From contig JAFKFV010000017.1 in NCBI GenBank assembly GCA_017307955.1, positions 30,508 through 94,507 on the forward strand: 64,000 nt of DNA, read 5' to 3'. Positions 16,951 through 25,140 of this stretch are shown here, in pieces. The translations under genes and the position numbers were made by a program. Each line of letters begins with the position of its first letter. Position 1 is the first letter of the stretch. A model generated the notes under the pieces. It made no database searches. It saw only the letters and a list, made by a program, of their open reading frames with translations, and was not told the DNA's origin. The stretch is from Bosea sp. (in: a-proteobacteria) (lineage in GTDB: Bacteria > Pseudomonadota > Alphaproteobacteria > Rhizobiales > Kaistiaceae).

Positions 16951-18263
16951 GTCGCCCTCGCCATGTTGGCTGGCACGCGGACGCGCGGCAGCTCGGGCTC
17001 CGCCGGATCCTCAAGCCGCACCTCGACGCGCTCGCGAAGGCCCCATTTGGCGTGCATCAAAAAGAGCCATTGCTGCGGCGGTTCAAGCGAGGCGCGAAGG
17101 CCGGCAGCGAATTCTCCGTAGCCGACTACGCTGCCGTTGCTCAGGACCGGGCCAGGGTTGCCGCTGGTGTGATAATGGCCGTGGAGGATGAGGTCTGGCC
17201 GGCGACCGGCGCGGCTTTGCTGAGCCTCAATCTTTTTCGTGCCGCGGACAATGGGCAGCATTGGACCAGCGAAACCGGCGCCGCCGCCGGTGCCCATACG
17301 ATCACCGTGGGTTAGAAGGATGGTGTGCCCCAAGACAGGGACCACCGCATCGACCGACGGCCCGATCTGGAACGTGACGCGCTTGTCGCCGTCGAACCGG
17401 TCCTGGACGATCTTGGCGACGGCGGTGTCGATGCTGAGGCGCCCGGCAAGCTTCGCCTGCGGCTTGGCCGTGGTGCGGCCGTGGTTGCCCGGCACGCTCG
17501 CGACGTGGACCCGACCATAGGTCTCAAGCAGATGCCGGATGCCGGCGGTAATCTCTGCGGCGACGAAGAACATCTGCTCTTGCGAGACGATCTCGTTCGT
17601 CTCCATCAGCTCAGCATGGATATCGCCGGACACAAGATCGCCGCCAAGGGCGAGAAAGAACCCCTGGTTGTCGCAGTCCGAGATCCATCGCTGCGGAATG
17701 GTGCACGCGGCGGAGAAAAGCCGGCGCAGTCGCTCGCGGCATATGTCAATGCTATAGCCGTTCAGGCCGAGCAGTTCGTCAGCGCTGACGATTTCGCCGG
17801 CATGGACATCGGAGAGCAGGAGCCCGACGACAGAGCGATGCTTGCGGTCGGACGGGTTGATGATCCAGTCGGGGATTTCGATAGGAGCGCCGCGAATCCC
17901 GGCTAGCGTTTCAGCCAGGTGCTCGGCTTCGGCTAGATCGCGCTCAAGGCCTTTGGCCCGGCGACGCCAGTAATCGGCGTCCTTCGCCTCTCGGCGGCTT
18001 TCTGGCGTGTCAACCGGCGCAGCAGGTCCCAAGGGCGCAGCCGGCGGCTCAATGGCGAATAGGTTGAAGCGCTGCCTGCACCTGAAATAGCGGCTCTCGA
18101 ATGCGCTTTCCGTTTTCACAAGGCCTTGGGCAACCGCTTCTTTTGCGGCGGCTGCGACGGCGCTGGGATATGCGCCCCCTAGTCGGTATCCTGCATCAAC
18201 AAACCGCTGCACGCGGGCAACGGAATCCTCAGCATCGGCTCGCGTCATCGGGGCCGTTGGCAT
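16947..18263 (-). CDS. metallophosphoesterase-domain protein with ~150-aa N-terminal extension
   Basis: Calcineurin-like motifs LLLSDVHAG, LGGDLVSGDIH, VPGNHG, LLTHGD and LHGHYH. AGGTGA RBS. Confidence 0.8.
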   Translation of the reverse strand: MPTAPMTRADAEDSVARVQRFVDAGYRLGGAYPSAVAAAAKEAVAQGLVKTESAFESRYFRCRQRFNLFAIEPPAAPLGPAAPVDTPESRREAKDADYWRRRAKGLERDLAEAEHLAETLAGIRGAPIEIPDWIINPSDRKHRSVVGLLLSDVHAGEIVSADELLGLNGYSIDICRERLRRLFSAACTIPQRWISDCDNQGFFLALGGDLVSGDIHAELMETNEIVSQEQMFFVAAEITAGIRHLLETYGRVHVASVPGNHGRTTAKPQAKLAGRLSIDTAVAKIVQDRFDGDKRVTFQIGPSVDAVVPVLGHTILLTHGDRMGTGGGAGFAGPMLPIVRGTKKIEAQQSRAGRRPDLILHGHYHTSGNPGPVLSNGSVVGYGEFAAGLRASLEPPQQWLFLMHAKWGLRERVEVRLEDPAEPELPRVRVPANMARAT

Positions 18264-18387
18264 CGGTCACCTGTGCGTCATGGATGGGGAAACGGCGACG
18301 GAAACAGCATGAACGCCGCGAACGCGCCCATGCCCGTGCCGAAAAGGGCCGCCGACCCGATGAAGGCGGCGACCCACAGGAAGCGCC

Positions 18388-19116
18388 TCACTTCTTGGCG
18401 GCGTAGATCTGCGGCGCCGCGACTTTCAGGTAAGCCTCGATTTCGTCGATGGAGGTGAAAAAGGTCATGAACGGCGCCGAGGTCACCCCGGCCGTAGCGA
18501 TGCCGATCAGCTTCCAGTCGCCATCCGCGGCGATATGGTAGAGCCCGCCGCCGCTGGAGCCCGGCGCAATGTCCGTGCTCGAGCGCAGATAGCCGTGTTC
18601 CTGTCCGGTGACGTTGATGCGGTCGATCGGGCCGAGCGCGCCACGGGTAAGCGTGAGCGCCATGGCACGGGGATAGCCGACCGCGATCACGTCCTCGCCG
18701 AATAGCAGCGGCGCCTCGGCCGATTCCAGAGCAATGACGTTTTCGAACCACGTATCCTTGTCGCGAAGCCGGAGAAGAGCGACATCGGACGATGCAGCAC
18801 GGCCGGCGACATCGGCGAGATAGCTCGTGACCTTGACCGCGTTCAGACGGGCGTCATAGCTCGTCACGTCGACCGTCTGCGTGTCGCCCGGCTTGGCAGT
18901 GTCGACGCAGTGCTTGGCCGTGAGGACCAGCGTCTCGACCTTGCCCGTCTTCTGGTCACGGTTCGAATAAATGATCTCGGCCGTGCAACTGTTGCTCAGC
19001 TTCGCCGTTGGTGCGGCAACCTGGTCCCAGAGCTTCTTGGCGGCGGCGGGGTCTTGGGCATGGGCGATTGACGCAAGGCACAGGACGGCAACCGCCGCCA
19101 GAATGGCACGGATCAT
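18388..19116 (-). CDS. secreted trypsin-like (S1 fold) serine protease
   Basis: Signal peptide MIRAILAAVAVLCLASIAHA. Catalytic-triad contexts LTAKHCV (His), DVALLRL (Asp) and PGSSGGGLY (Ser). ATG 19116 with GGAG upstream. Confidence 0.8.
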   Translation of the reverse strand: MIRAILAAVAVLCLASIAHAQDPAAAKKLWDQVAAPTAKLSNSCTAEIIYSNRDQKTGKVETLVLTAKHCVDTAKPGDTQTVDVTSYDARLNAVKVTSYLADVAGRAASSDVALLRLRDKDTWFENVIALESAEAPLLFGEDVIAVGYPRAMALTLTRGALGPIDRINVTGQEHGYLRSSTDIAPGSSGGGLYHIAADGDWKLIGIATAGVTSAPFMTFFTSIDEIEAYLKVAAPQIYAAKK

Positions 19117-19141
19117 GCTTGGTCTCCGGGTTGGGATGATG

Positions 19142-19531
19142 CTAGCTGGCGGCGTCGAAGCGACGCTTGACCCAGGCGATGGCGCCTTCGACAATCGACA
19201 TGCCGGTTACGCCTAGGAGGAAGCCGCAAAGGCCGGCAGCGGTCTCAGCGGTGATGCCGGTCGATGCGAACTGTGCGGCGACGATCGGGGCGGCCACTGG
19301 CGTGCCGTAGCCTGCCACGATAGCCCCGATTGCTGTTGAGAGGATGCGGCGCCAGATGCTTTCACCGGGCCTCGAGAGGCCGCGGATCGCGCCCCCGATG
19401 GCGCCCGCGACGAGATGGACGAGCTTTATGCCGAGTATCGAATACTCGGGCGGAGGGGGCGTGAAATCAGGCACAGCTCTGCGCTCATGCCTTCGGCGCC
19501 GGAACAATCTCGCCATTCTGAATGGCAGCAT
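19142..19531 (-). CDS. multi-TM membrane protein, holin candidate
   Basis: Three hydrophobic gly/ala-rich segments. The start is uncertain; GTG 19474 would avoid overlap with the upstream gene. Confidence 0.5.
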   Translation of the reverse strand: MLPFRMARLFRRRRHERRAVPDFTPPPPEYSILGIKLVHLVAGAIGGAIRGLSRPGESIWRRILSTAIGAIVAGYGTPVAAPIVAAQFASTGITAETAAGLCGFLLGVTGMSIVEGAIAWVKRRFDAAS

Positions 19532-19955
19532 CCTCCGGCACAGTCAGCCGGGCGAGGATCTTGTCGCGGATGCCATCCTCGCCGCCGAGCCAGCCGATGA
19601 GCTTGGACGGGCCATTGGCGATGGCATAGCTGAGCGCGGTCGAGACGACGGCATTGCCGACCTCGACAGAGACCGCCTTGCCCTTTACGGCGCCGGCCGT
19701 GGCGTTCAGGCCATAGGTCACGGCCATGGCGAGAAGCTGTTCGGCCTGTTCGGTGCGGAGGCGGTTCGCGTACGGCACGCCGACCTTCTGCGCCAGGGCG
19801 AGCAGCCAGATGATGCCGGCGCCGACCAGCGGCAGGGCGAAGTTGATGGCAGCGGCGGCCCACTCCCCGATGGGGACTTCGACGGTGGCGGCCTGTGCTG
19901 CGATGGGCACGACGATCAAGGCGAGCGCGAGCAGCGCGCCGGTGAAGCGGTTCAT
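19485..19955 (-). CDS. membrane protein (signal peptide/TM plus second TM), lysis-cassette associated
   Basis: AAGGAG RBS. N-terminal MNRFTGALLALALIVVPIAAQA and INFALPLVGAGIIWLLALA helices. Immediately downstream of the endolysin. Confidence 0.55.
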   Translation of the reverse strand: MNRFTGALLALALIVVPIAAQAATVEVPIGEWAAAAINFALPLVGAGIIWLLALAQKVGVPYANRLRTEQAEQLLAMAVTYGLNATAGAVKGKAVSVEVGNAVVSTALSYAIANGPSKLIGWLGGEDGIRDKILARLTVPEDAAIQNGEIVPAPKA

Positions 19956-20010
19956 GGTAGTCTCCTTGGGGATGGGGGAGGAACGTGTAAGGATCGCTTA
20001 CAGGTTGACG

Positions 20011-20709
20011 CTACTTATCCACGTTCAGCCAGCCAAACAGGGCTGCGAAGAACGCGGCGATCGGATTGCGCGCCGGCTGGGGACTGGCCGGCTGCATGAC
20101 GATGATCTCGGGCTTGGCGGGCGCCGGCTTGTCCGCTCCTGCCGCCCGTAGCGCGGCCTCGATCGTGTCGGCATAGCCGGCAATCAGCGCGGCCTTGTCC
20201 GTGCCATTGACGATGCGGCGAGCGCCCTTGTAGTCGACCTTGGCGCCGATATAGTCGGACAGTTTCTTGCCGGTGAACCAGCCCTCGATCATGCCGCGGA
20301 TAATGATTTTCGCGGCGATGGCCGGATCAAGCGCCTTGTCGGGGCTTCCCACAAGGTCGACGCCGAGGCGAGACGTTGCCAGCCGGTAATTCCGCGCTCC
20401 GGTGATTTGGACGTAGCCGCGGCCGCGGTAGAGATAGCCGTCACCGTCTGCCTGGGGCGTGTTGCCGAGATTGGCGGCGAGCTTGCCGGTATCGTACTTG
20501 GTGAAGTACTTTTTCCCGCCATATTCGGTCACGGGATGCATCGTGGCCGCCGTCTCGTGCCATGCGGTTGCGAGCACATAGGCGAGCTGGCGAAACCCAG
20601 ATCCCGTCCACGAGTCCATCAGCGCAAAAAAGCCCTGCACCTGTCCGGTGGTCAGTTTCCCGCCGGCAAGCTTCGCGCGCACGCGGTCGAAAAAGACCGT
20701 GCGATCCAT
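20011..20709 (-). CDS. endolysin, glycoside hydrolase family 19-like
   Basis: ATAWHETA...EYGG...YRGRGYVQITGARNY pattern typical of GH19-type phage muramidases/chitinase-like lysins. ATG 20709 with a GGAG RBS. C-terminal hydrophobic IAAFFAALFGWL tail. Confidence 0.8.
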   Translation of the reverse strand: MDRTVFFDRVRAKLAGGKLTTGQVQGFFALMDSWTGSGFRQLAYVLATAWHETAATMHPVTEYGGKKYFTKYDTGKLAANLGNTPQADGDGYLYRGRGYVQITGARNYRLATSRLGVDLVGSPDKALDPAIAAKIIIRGMIEGWFTGKKLSDYIGAKVDYKGARRIVNGTDKAALIAGYADTIEAALRAAGADKPAPAKPEIIVMQPASPQPARNPIAAFFAALFGWLNVDK

Positions 20710-20762
20710 GTCGTGTCTCCGATGATGGGTGGTGCGATTGACGGCCGAAAGACGGACGTTCC

Positions 20763-23270
20763 CTATTCGGGAATCAGCCAGCCGTTGGCGTCGACGATGG
20801 TCATCATGCCGGGGTAAAAGACGCCCTGCCATGTGGCTCCCGTCAGAGCGCAAGCATCCATGGCCCCTTGGACGAGATGTACGCCGTCCTGTAGCTGGCT
20901 AGGCGGGCAGCACCCCTGAGCGATGGCCGCCAAGTCAGCCGGGGAGCCATCATTTAGCGACGCCGTGATCGGGAACGGGTCAACGATGTGGCCTGGATAG
21001 AGCGCGGACAAAGCCGTCAGAAGATCGCGGCAGCGCTGTTGCTGAGCCGCTGACTGGCCTGTCCTCGGCAGCGGGGTCGCGATGACATACTTGTTGCTGC
21101 CGAGGTCCGTCACCGACTGCACGATTTGGGCGTAGTAGGCAAGATCAACATTGATGTCCGGATCATAGCCGTTGTCGTCTCCATCCCATTGAATGAGAAT
21201 GGCGTTCGGCCAGCTTGGCATTGTCGCGGTTGCCACGGCCGCCTGATCAGCAATCGTCGAGCCGCCGACCGCGACGTTGAGCATCATTCGCTTGCGATAT
21301 CGCGAGATTGACTGCTGGAAGCCGACGCCGCCGACGCCCGCGCCGTAACTGTCGCCGACAGCGACGAGCGGGAAATTGGCATTGGCAAGCAACTGAACTT
21401 GCGAGCTACTTTTCGGCGTAAAGAACCACGCTACCTTCCAGATTTCACCGTTCTGAACGGGTTGCGTTCCATCAGCATTATTTCCGATGCGATAGGTCGA
21501 CGGCGTGTTGATCACGCTTCCCGAGGCTTGGGTATAGGGCGTCTTGCCCTCAAGAGAGAGCGAGAAGTTGCTGCTATCCCAGGTCTGAGCCCACCGGGTT
21601 GTATTATAGATGGAAAAGATTTTTGGGTCTTCTTTTCCCCATTGCGGAGTTCCCCAGAACACGACATCGCCAATAGCGTTTAACGTGCTAAGGTACGTTT
21701 TCTGGTACTTCCCCCCCACTCCATCATCAATCACAAAGTACGAATAGGCAGCGCCGGCGTTTTTCGCTGAACCGCAAAGGACTTCAACAACGCTTGTCAC
21801 AGATGCGTCAGATCCAGGCCAATTAAAATCGGCGGCGGCAGCGGATGTTGCGCCAAGCGCACTTTTGAATGTATCAAGGGTCGGATAGGTCCTACCCAGA
21901 TACCAATAGCGTCCATTGACGAAGTCGACCTGACCATCGGCTGGTTGATTGTTATTGTCGGTTATGACCCACGACGGGAACACGCGCGAAAGTTCACGAA
22001 GTCCCTGGGGGGCGACTTGCCCGTAAGATGCCCATTCCGGGATCCATCCGCAAAACTCTTCGCCCGGCGTGGCGCTTGATCCAATGCGCTCGACTGTCAC
22101 CGCCGGAATGCTCGTCGTCGCGGTCTGGATCGTCGGGTTTGCATTCATCACGACGCTAAACGTCGTTCCGTCGAATCCTATGGCGACACGGTTGAAGCTC
22201 AGGTTGTCGACCGTGCCGAGATTATAATTGACAGTCTCAACGCTTGACGCAGTGATAATGAACCGCACGGCGCCGGCCGTATCGCGTACAAGGCGCACCC
22301 GGTTTGCAGCGGTCCCGTCATCCATTTGCCAAATGACATTGGTGCTATAACCGATTGGCGCCGTGAACCCGACCTGCCGCGTAAACCTGACGGGCGTCGT
22401 AATGGTCCTGATCAGGATATCAGCGTTGCGCGCAACGCCGGCATTGTACGAGGTGGCGAAATCGCCCTGCTCGAGTTGTACGCCCCAGATCGAAGCATAT
22501 TTGCTTCCGTCGCCGGTATAGCCCAGCACGCCATTGCTGGTCGACGGCGCGACGCCGACACGCTGGGCCGTACCAGATGTCTGGTGCGAGAACAGGCACC
22601 GGAGCCAACCATTGCCGCCGTTCCGAACGGCGGTTTGAGGAGCAACGCCACCCTGCTGCACAACACCAGCAGAGCGGGTGATGAGCGAATACCAACCGGC
22701 GTGCCAGAGCGCTGAATAGCTAAACCCGAACGTCACATAAGGGACGTTGGTGTTTGCATCCGGCTTTGCGAATCCAGACCACGCATAGCGTGTTCCGCTT
22801 GTCAACGTGACGACAGTTGCATTCACGATCTGAATGTTGGACGATGTCACAGCATTCGGGATCATCCGGTCACCGGTTGTGGTGCCATCGGGCGCCACGT
22901 CCTGATTGGCCGAGACGGTGCAGAGCGTCTTCGTCCAATAGGCATTGTCGAAGGCTTCTGTGTTGCTGATAAGCGGGGTCATGGCCCGCTCGATCAGCAT
23001 GCCGAGAGCGGCGCCTGTGGTTGGATCATAGTCTTGCCGAATGGCGCCGGAAGCGGCATAGGCAAGGATGCCGTTGCTGTTGTAGTAGCTCGCCTGGGTG
23101 GCGCGCGTAAAGGTGTAGCTCGCGCCGGTCAAAGCGTCGGACAACGTCGGCTGAACGGCGCCATTGGTAAAATAGCGCTCTTGCGGGACGTTGATGTATT
23201 CGAGCGCCCCCGAAGGCAGCCAAATCGGCGCCGACGAAAACGTGGCTGCGGCAAGCGGGAGAAGCGGCAT
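20763..23270 (-). CDS. tail fibre/tailspike with C-terminal SGNH (GDSL) esterase domain
   Basis: 835 aa. SGNH blocks VAVGDSYG, AVGGST, WDGDDNG and DGVHL lie in the last ~190 aa. The start is 1 nt after the upstream TAA. Confidence 0.75.
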   Translation of the reverse strand: MPLLPLAAATFSSAPIWLPSGALEYINVPQERYFTNGAVQPTLSDALTGASYTFTRATQASYYNSNGILAYAASGAIRQDYDPTTGAALGMLIERAMTPLISNTEAFDNAYWTKTLCTVSANQDVAPDGTTTGDRMIPNAVTSSNIQIVNATVVTLTSGTRYAWSGFAKPDANTNVPYVTFGFSYSALWHAGWYSLITRSAGVVQQGGVAPQTAVRNGGNGWLRCLFSHQTSGTAQRVGVAPSTSNGVLGYTGDGSKYASIWGVQLEQGDFATSYNAGVARNADILIRTITTPVRFTRQVGFTAPIGYSTNVIWQMDDGTAANRVRLVRDTAGAVRFIITASSVETVNYNLGTVDNLSFNRVAIGFDGTTFSVVMNANPTIQTATTSIPAVTVERIGSSATPGEEFCGWIPEWASYGQVAPQGLRELSRVFPSWVITDNNNQPADGQVDFVNGRYWYLGRTYPTLDTFKSALGATSAAAADFNWPGSDASVTSVVEVLCGSAKNAGAAYSYFVIDDGVGGKYQKTYLSTLNAIGDVVFWGTPQWGKEDPKIFSIYNTTRWAQTWDSSNFSLSLEGKTPYTQASGSVINTPSTYRIGNNADGTQPVQNGEIWKVAWFFTPKSSSQVQLLANANFPLVAVGDSYGAGVGGVGFQQSISRYRKRMMLNVAVGGSTIADQAAVATATMPSWPNAILIQWDGDDNGYDPDINVDLAYYAQIVQSVTDLGSNKYVIATPLPRTGQSAAQQQRCRDLLTALSALYPGHIVDPFPITASLNDGSPADLAAIAQGCCPPSQLQDGVHLVQGAMDACALTGATWQGVFYPGMMTIVDANGWLIPE

Positions 23271-23271
23271 C

Positions 23272-23658
23272 TTAGTTGATCGCCACAAGCGTGATAACGC
23301 GATCGGCGCCCTGTGTCACGGGAACGCCAGCGGCGCCGGAGCGAACCTTGAGAGCCTTGACCATCAGCCAGTTGCGATAGTCCAGCGCGATGAAATGATC
23401 GGCGAGGACACTGCCGGATGGAATGGCCCGCTCCACCGCATCGTCATACAGATCCTTGAACGTCGTTCCGTCCGCGGATGCGCTAAAGGTTAGCGAGGCA
23501 GTCGTCCAACTGCCGGGGATGATGATACCGACGAGTTTGCCAGAACCAAAATCGGCTGCATCGGACAGGCTTTCGCCCGAAGCAATCGTGACAGGGAAGG
23601 TCAGAACTTCGCCATTGATGGCATAAACGTTCTGGGTAAGCGAGCTAATGACGGTCAT
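23272..23658 (-). CDS. hypothetical virion protein (128 aa)
   Basis: In the tail-fibre operon, tightly packed. Confidence 0.6.
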   Translation of the reverse strand: MTVISSLTQNVYAINGEVLTFPVTIASGESLSDAADFGSGKLVGIIIPGSWTTASLTFSASADGTTFKDLYDDAVERAIPSGSVLADHFIALDYRNWLMVKALKVRSGAAGVPVTQGADRVITLVAIN

Positions 23659-23667
23659 GGCGGGTCC

Positions 23668-24090
23668 TTAGTAGGTCCAGGTTCCGTTGCGGAAAACGAA
23701 GTGAAGTTCTGCGTCGTCGACTTCGACGATGACATTTTCAGGCAGGCCAATAATGGTGCTGCCATTGCGGCTAATGGTCAGGAAGTTGCTGCCATAGTTA
23801 TAGGTCCAGACTTCATTGCCCTCGGCCGGATCGCCAGGTAGAGCAACGGTCATAGCACCACCAGCAGTGTTGCACTGAAAGCGCTGGCCTGTAACGGCGA
23901 CGACGCTGTTTGTCGTGACAATCCATGGGGAAAGGCCGATTCGGCCATAGAAAAACGGTGACGCGTCTGCGATGGCCGCTCCAACCTGGTCGAGCGTTGC
24001 TTTCTGCGTCGAGTCGCCATCGACGGCGACGACAAGGGCAGGATTTGGCGTCCCGATGACGGCTGGAAGTTGGATGATCCGAATGGACAT
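23668..24090 (-). CDS. hypothetical tail-fibre-associated protein (140 aa)
   Basis: I prefer ATG 24090 (AGGA upstream) over the GTG track start at 24123. Confidence 0.55.
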   Translation of the reverse strand: MSIRIIQLPAVIGTPNPALVVAVDGDSTQKATLDQVGAAIADASPFFYGRIGLSPWIVTTNSVVAVTGQRFQCNTAGGAMTVALPGDPAEGNEVWTYNYGSNFLTISRNGSTIIGLPENVIVEVDDAELHFVFRNGTWTY

Positions 24091-24256
24091 GCGCCCATAT
24101 CCTTGCAATGAGAAACTGGCCACTCCCGACGGGCGGCCCGTTGTGATAGCGGTTGGCGTGTGATTTGCGCTGGAGCGCGTTCTCGAACCGCCCGCGCTGA
24201 GACGATCGGATTAACCGGACTAGCCGTTGGCTAGCTCAAAAGCTTTGGGGGCGCCC

Positions 24257-24799
24257 TTGTTCAAGAAGCTGAGCGTAGTGGCGATCATCGCTCTGTCCGG
24301 ATGCGGACAGATCCAAGAGACCTCGCAGATGATGGGCGAGGCCGGGGTAGCGAAGACCGCCGGCGTCGGCGACACGGTTCTCGCCTTCAACCTAAGCCGG
24401 TCTTTGCCCAATGTGATCGGTAAGGCGGACCTTTACGGCAGGACGGTCAATGCCGGTCAGATATCGGTACGGTTCATAGGTGCGCAGGGGCAAACGGCCT
24501 TTTTTGAGCGCAATGACGTGACGGTCATCTCGAATGCCACGACGATGACCGAGTCCCCAAGGGTCGTTCCGAACTGGTCCACAGCATCAATGAACGGCAT
24601 GGTTGGTGGCATCCCCGTCTACGGATCGGCATCGCAAACCGGCTATACCGTGCTTCCCGCGTCCGGAAGCTCGTCTATCGCTACAGCGCAGGCGCCCATC
24701 CGGTTCCCGGTTGCGGCGGGCAAATCGACAACAATAAACGGGAGGACATTGACCGTTTTGTCAGTAAGCCCATCACAGGTCCAGTACCGGGTCGACTAA
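24257..24799 (+). CDS. lipoprotein (opposite-strand moron in tail module)
   Basis: TTG 24257 gives MFKKLSVVAIIALSGC, a classical lipobox LSG|C. The in-frame track start is 24227. Confidence 0.65.
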   Translation: MFKKLSVVAIIALSGCGQIQETSQMMGEAGVAKTAGVGDTVLAFNLSRSLPNVIGKADLYGRTVNAGQISVRFIGAQGQTAFFERNDVTVISNATTMTESPRVVPNWSTASMNGMVGGIPVYGSASQTGYTVLPASGSSSIATAQAPIRFPVAAGKSTTINGRTLTVLSVSPSQVQYRVD

Positions 24800-24822
24800 G
24801 ATGGCACCACGATCTTGCCATC

Positions 24823-25140
24823 GTGAAGAGGCTTTTCACTCGCGTTGGACAGACAGTGGCTTTGACCATAATACGTTTGACGGCAGCAATGATCTTCATC
24901 GCTGCAATGGGGGCAATCGGATGGACGATTCAGATCGCCCTCGCGAATGCTCCGTTTTGGCTCCTCTATGGTCTCGTGATCGGGTGGCTATGCTTTTGCG
25001 TCGGCGCCCTTATGGGGATGCGGGGATGGTTCGGGTTCCATTACCGCGACCAACAAGCGTCTGCTCAGAGGCCGGGCGCCCGGCCAAAAGAAGAGCCGCC
25101 TGAACCGCGCGCTCGGTCCCGCGGTCAATGGCGCCAGTGA
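24823..25140 (+). CDS. 3-TM small membrane protein (moron, second gene)
   Basis: Three hydrophobic helices. GC3 is lower by eye. GTG start without a clear RBS. The 3' 131 nt overlap the convergent 690-aa gene. Confidence 0.45.
   Translation: MKRLFTRVGQTVALTIIRLTAAMIFIAAMGAIGWTIQIALANAPFWLLYGLVIGWLCFCVGALMGMRGWFGFHYRDQQASAQRPGARPKEEPPEPRARSRGQWRQ

Noticed and set aside
20763-24123. Diversity-generating retroelement or phase-variable tail fibre (the virion layout recalled BPP-1-type phages)
   Set aside because: No reverse transcriptase ORF, no template/variable repeat pair and no invertase or inverted repeats were found near either fibre gene.
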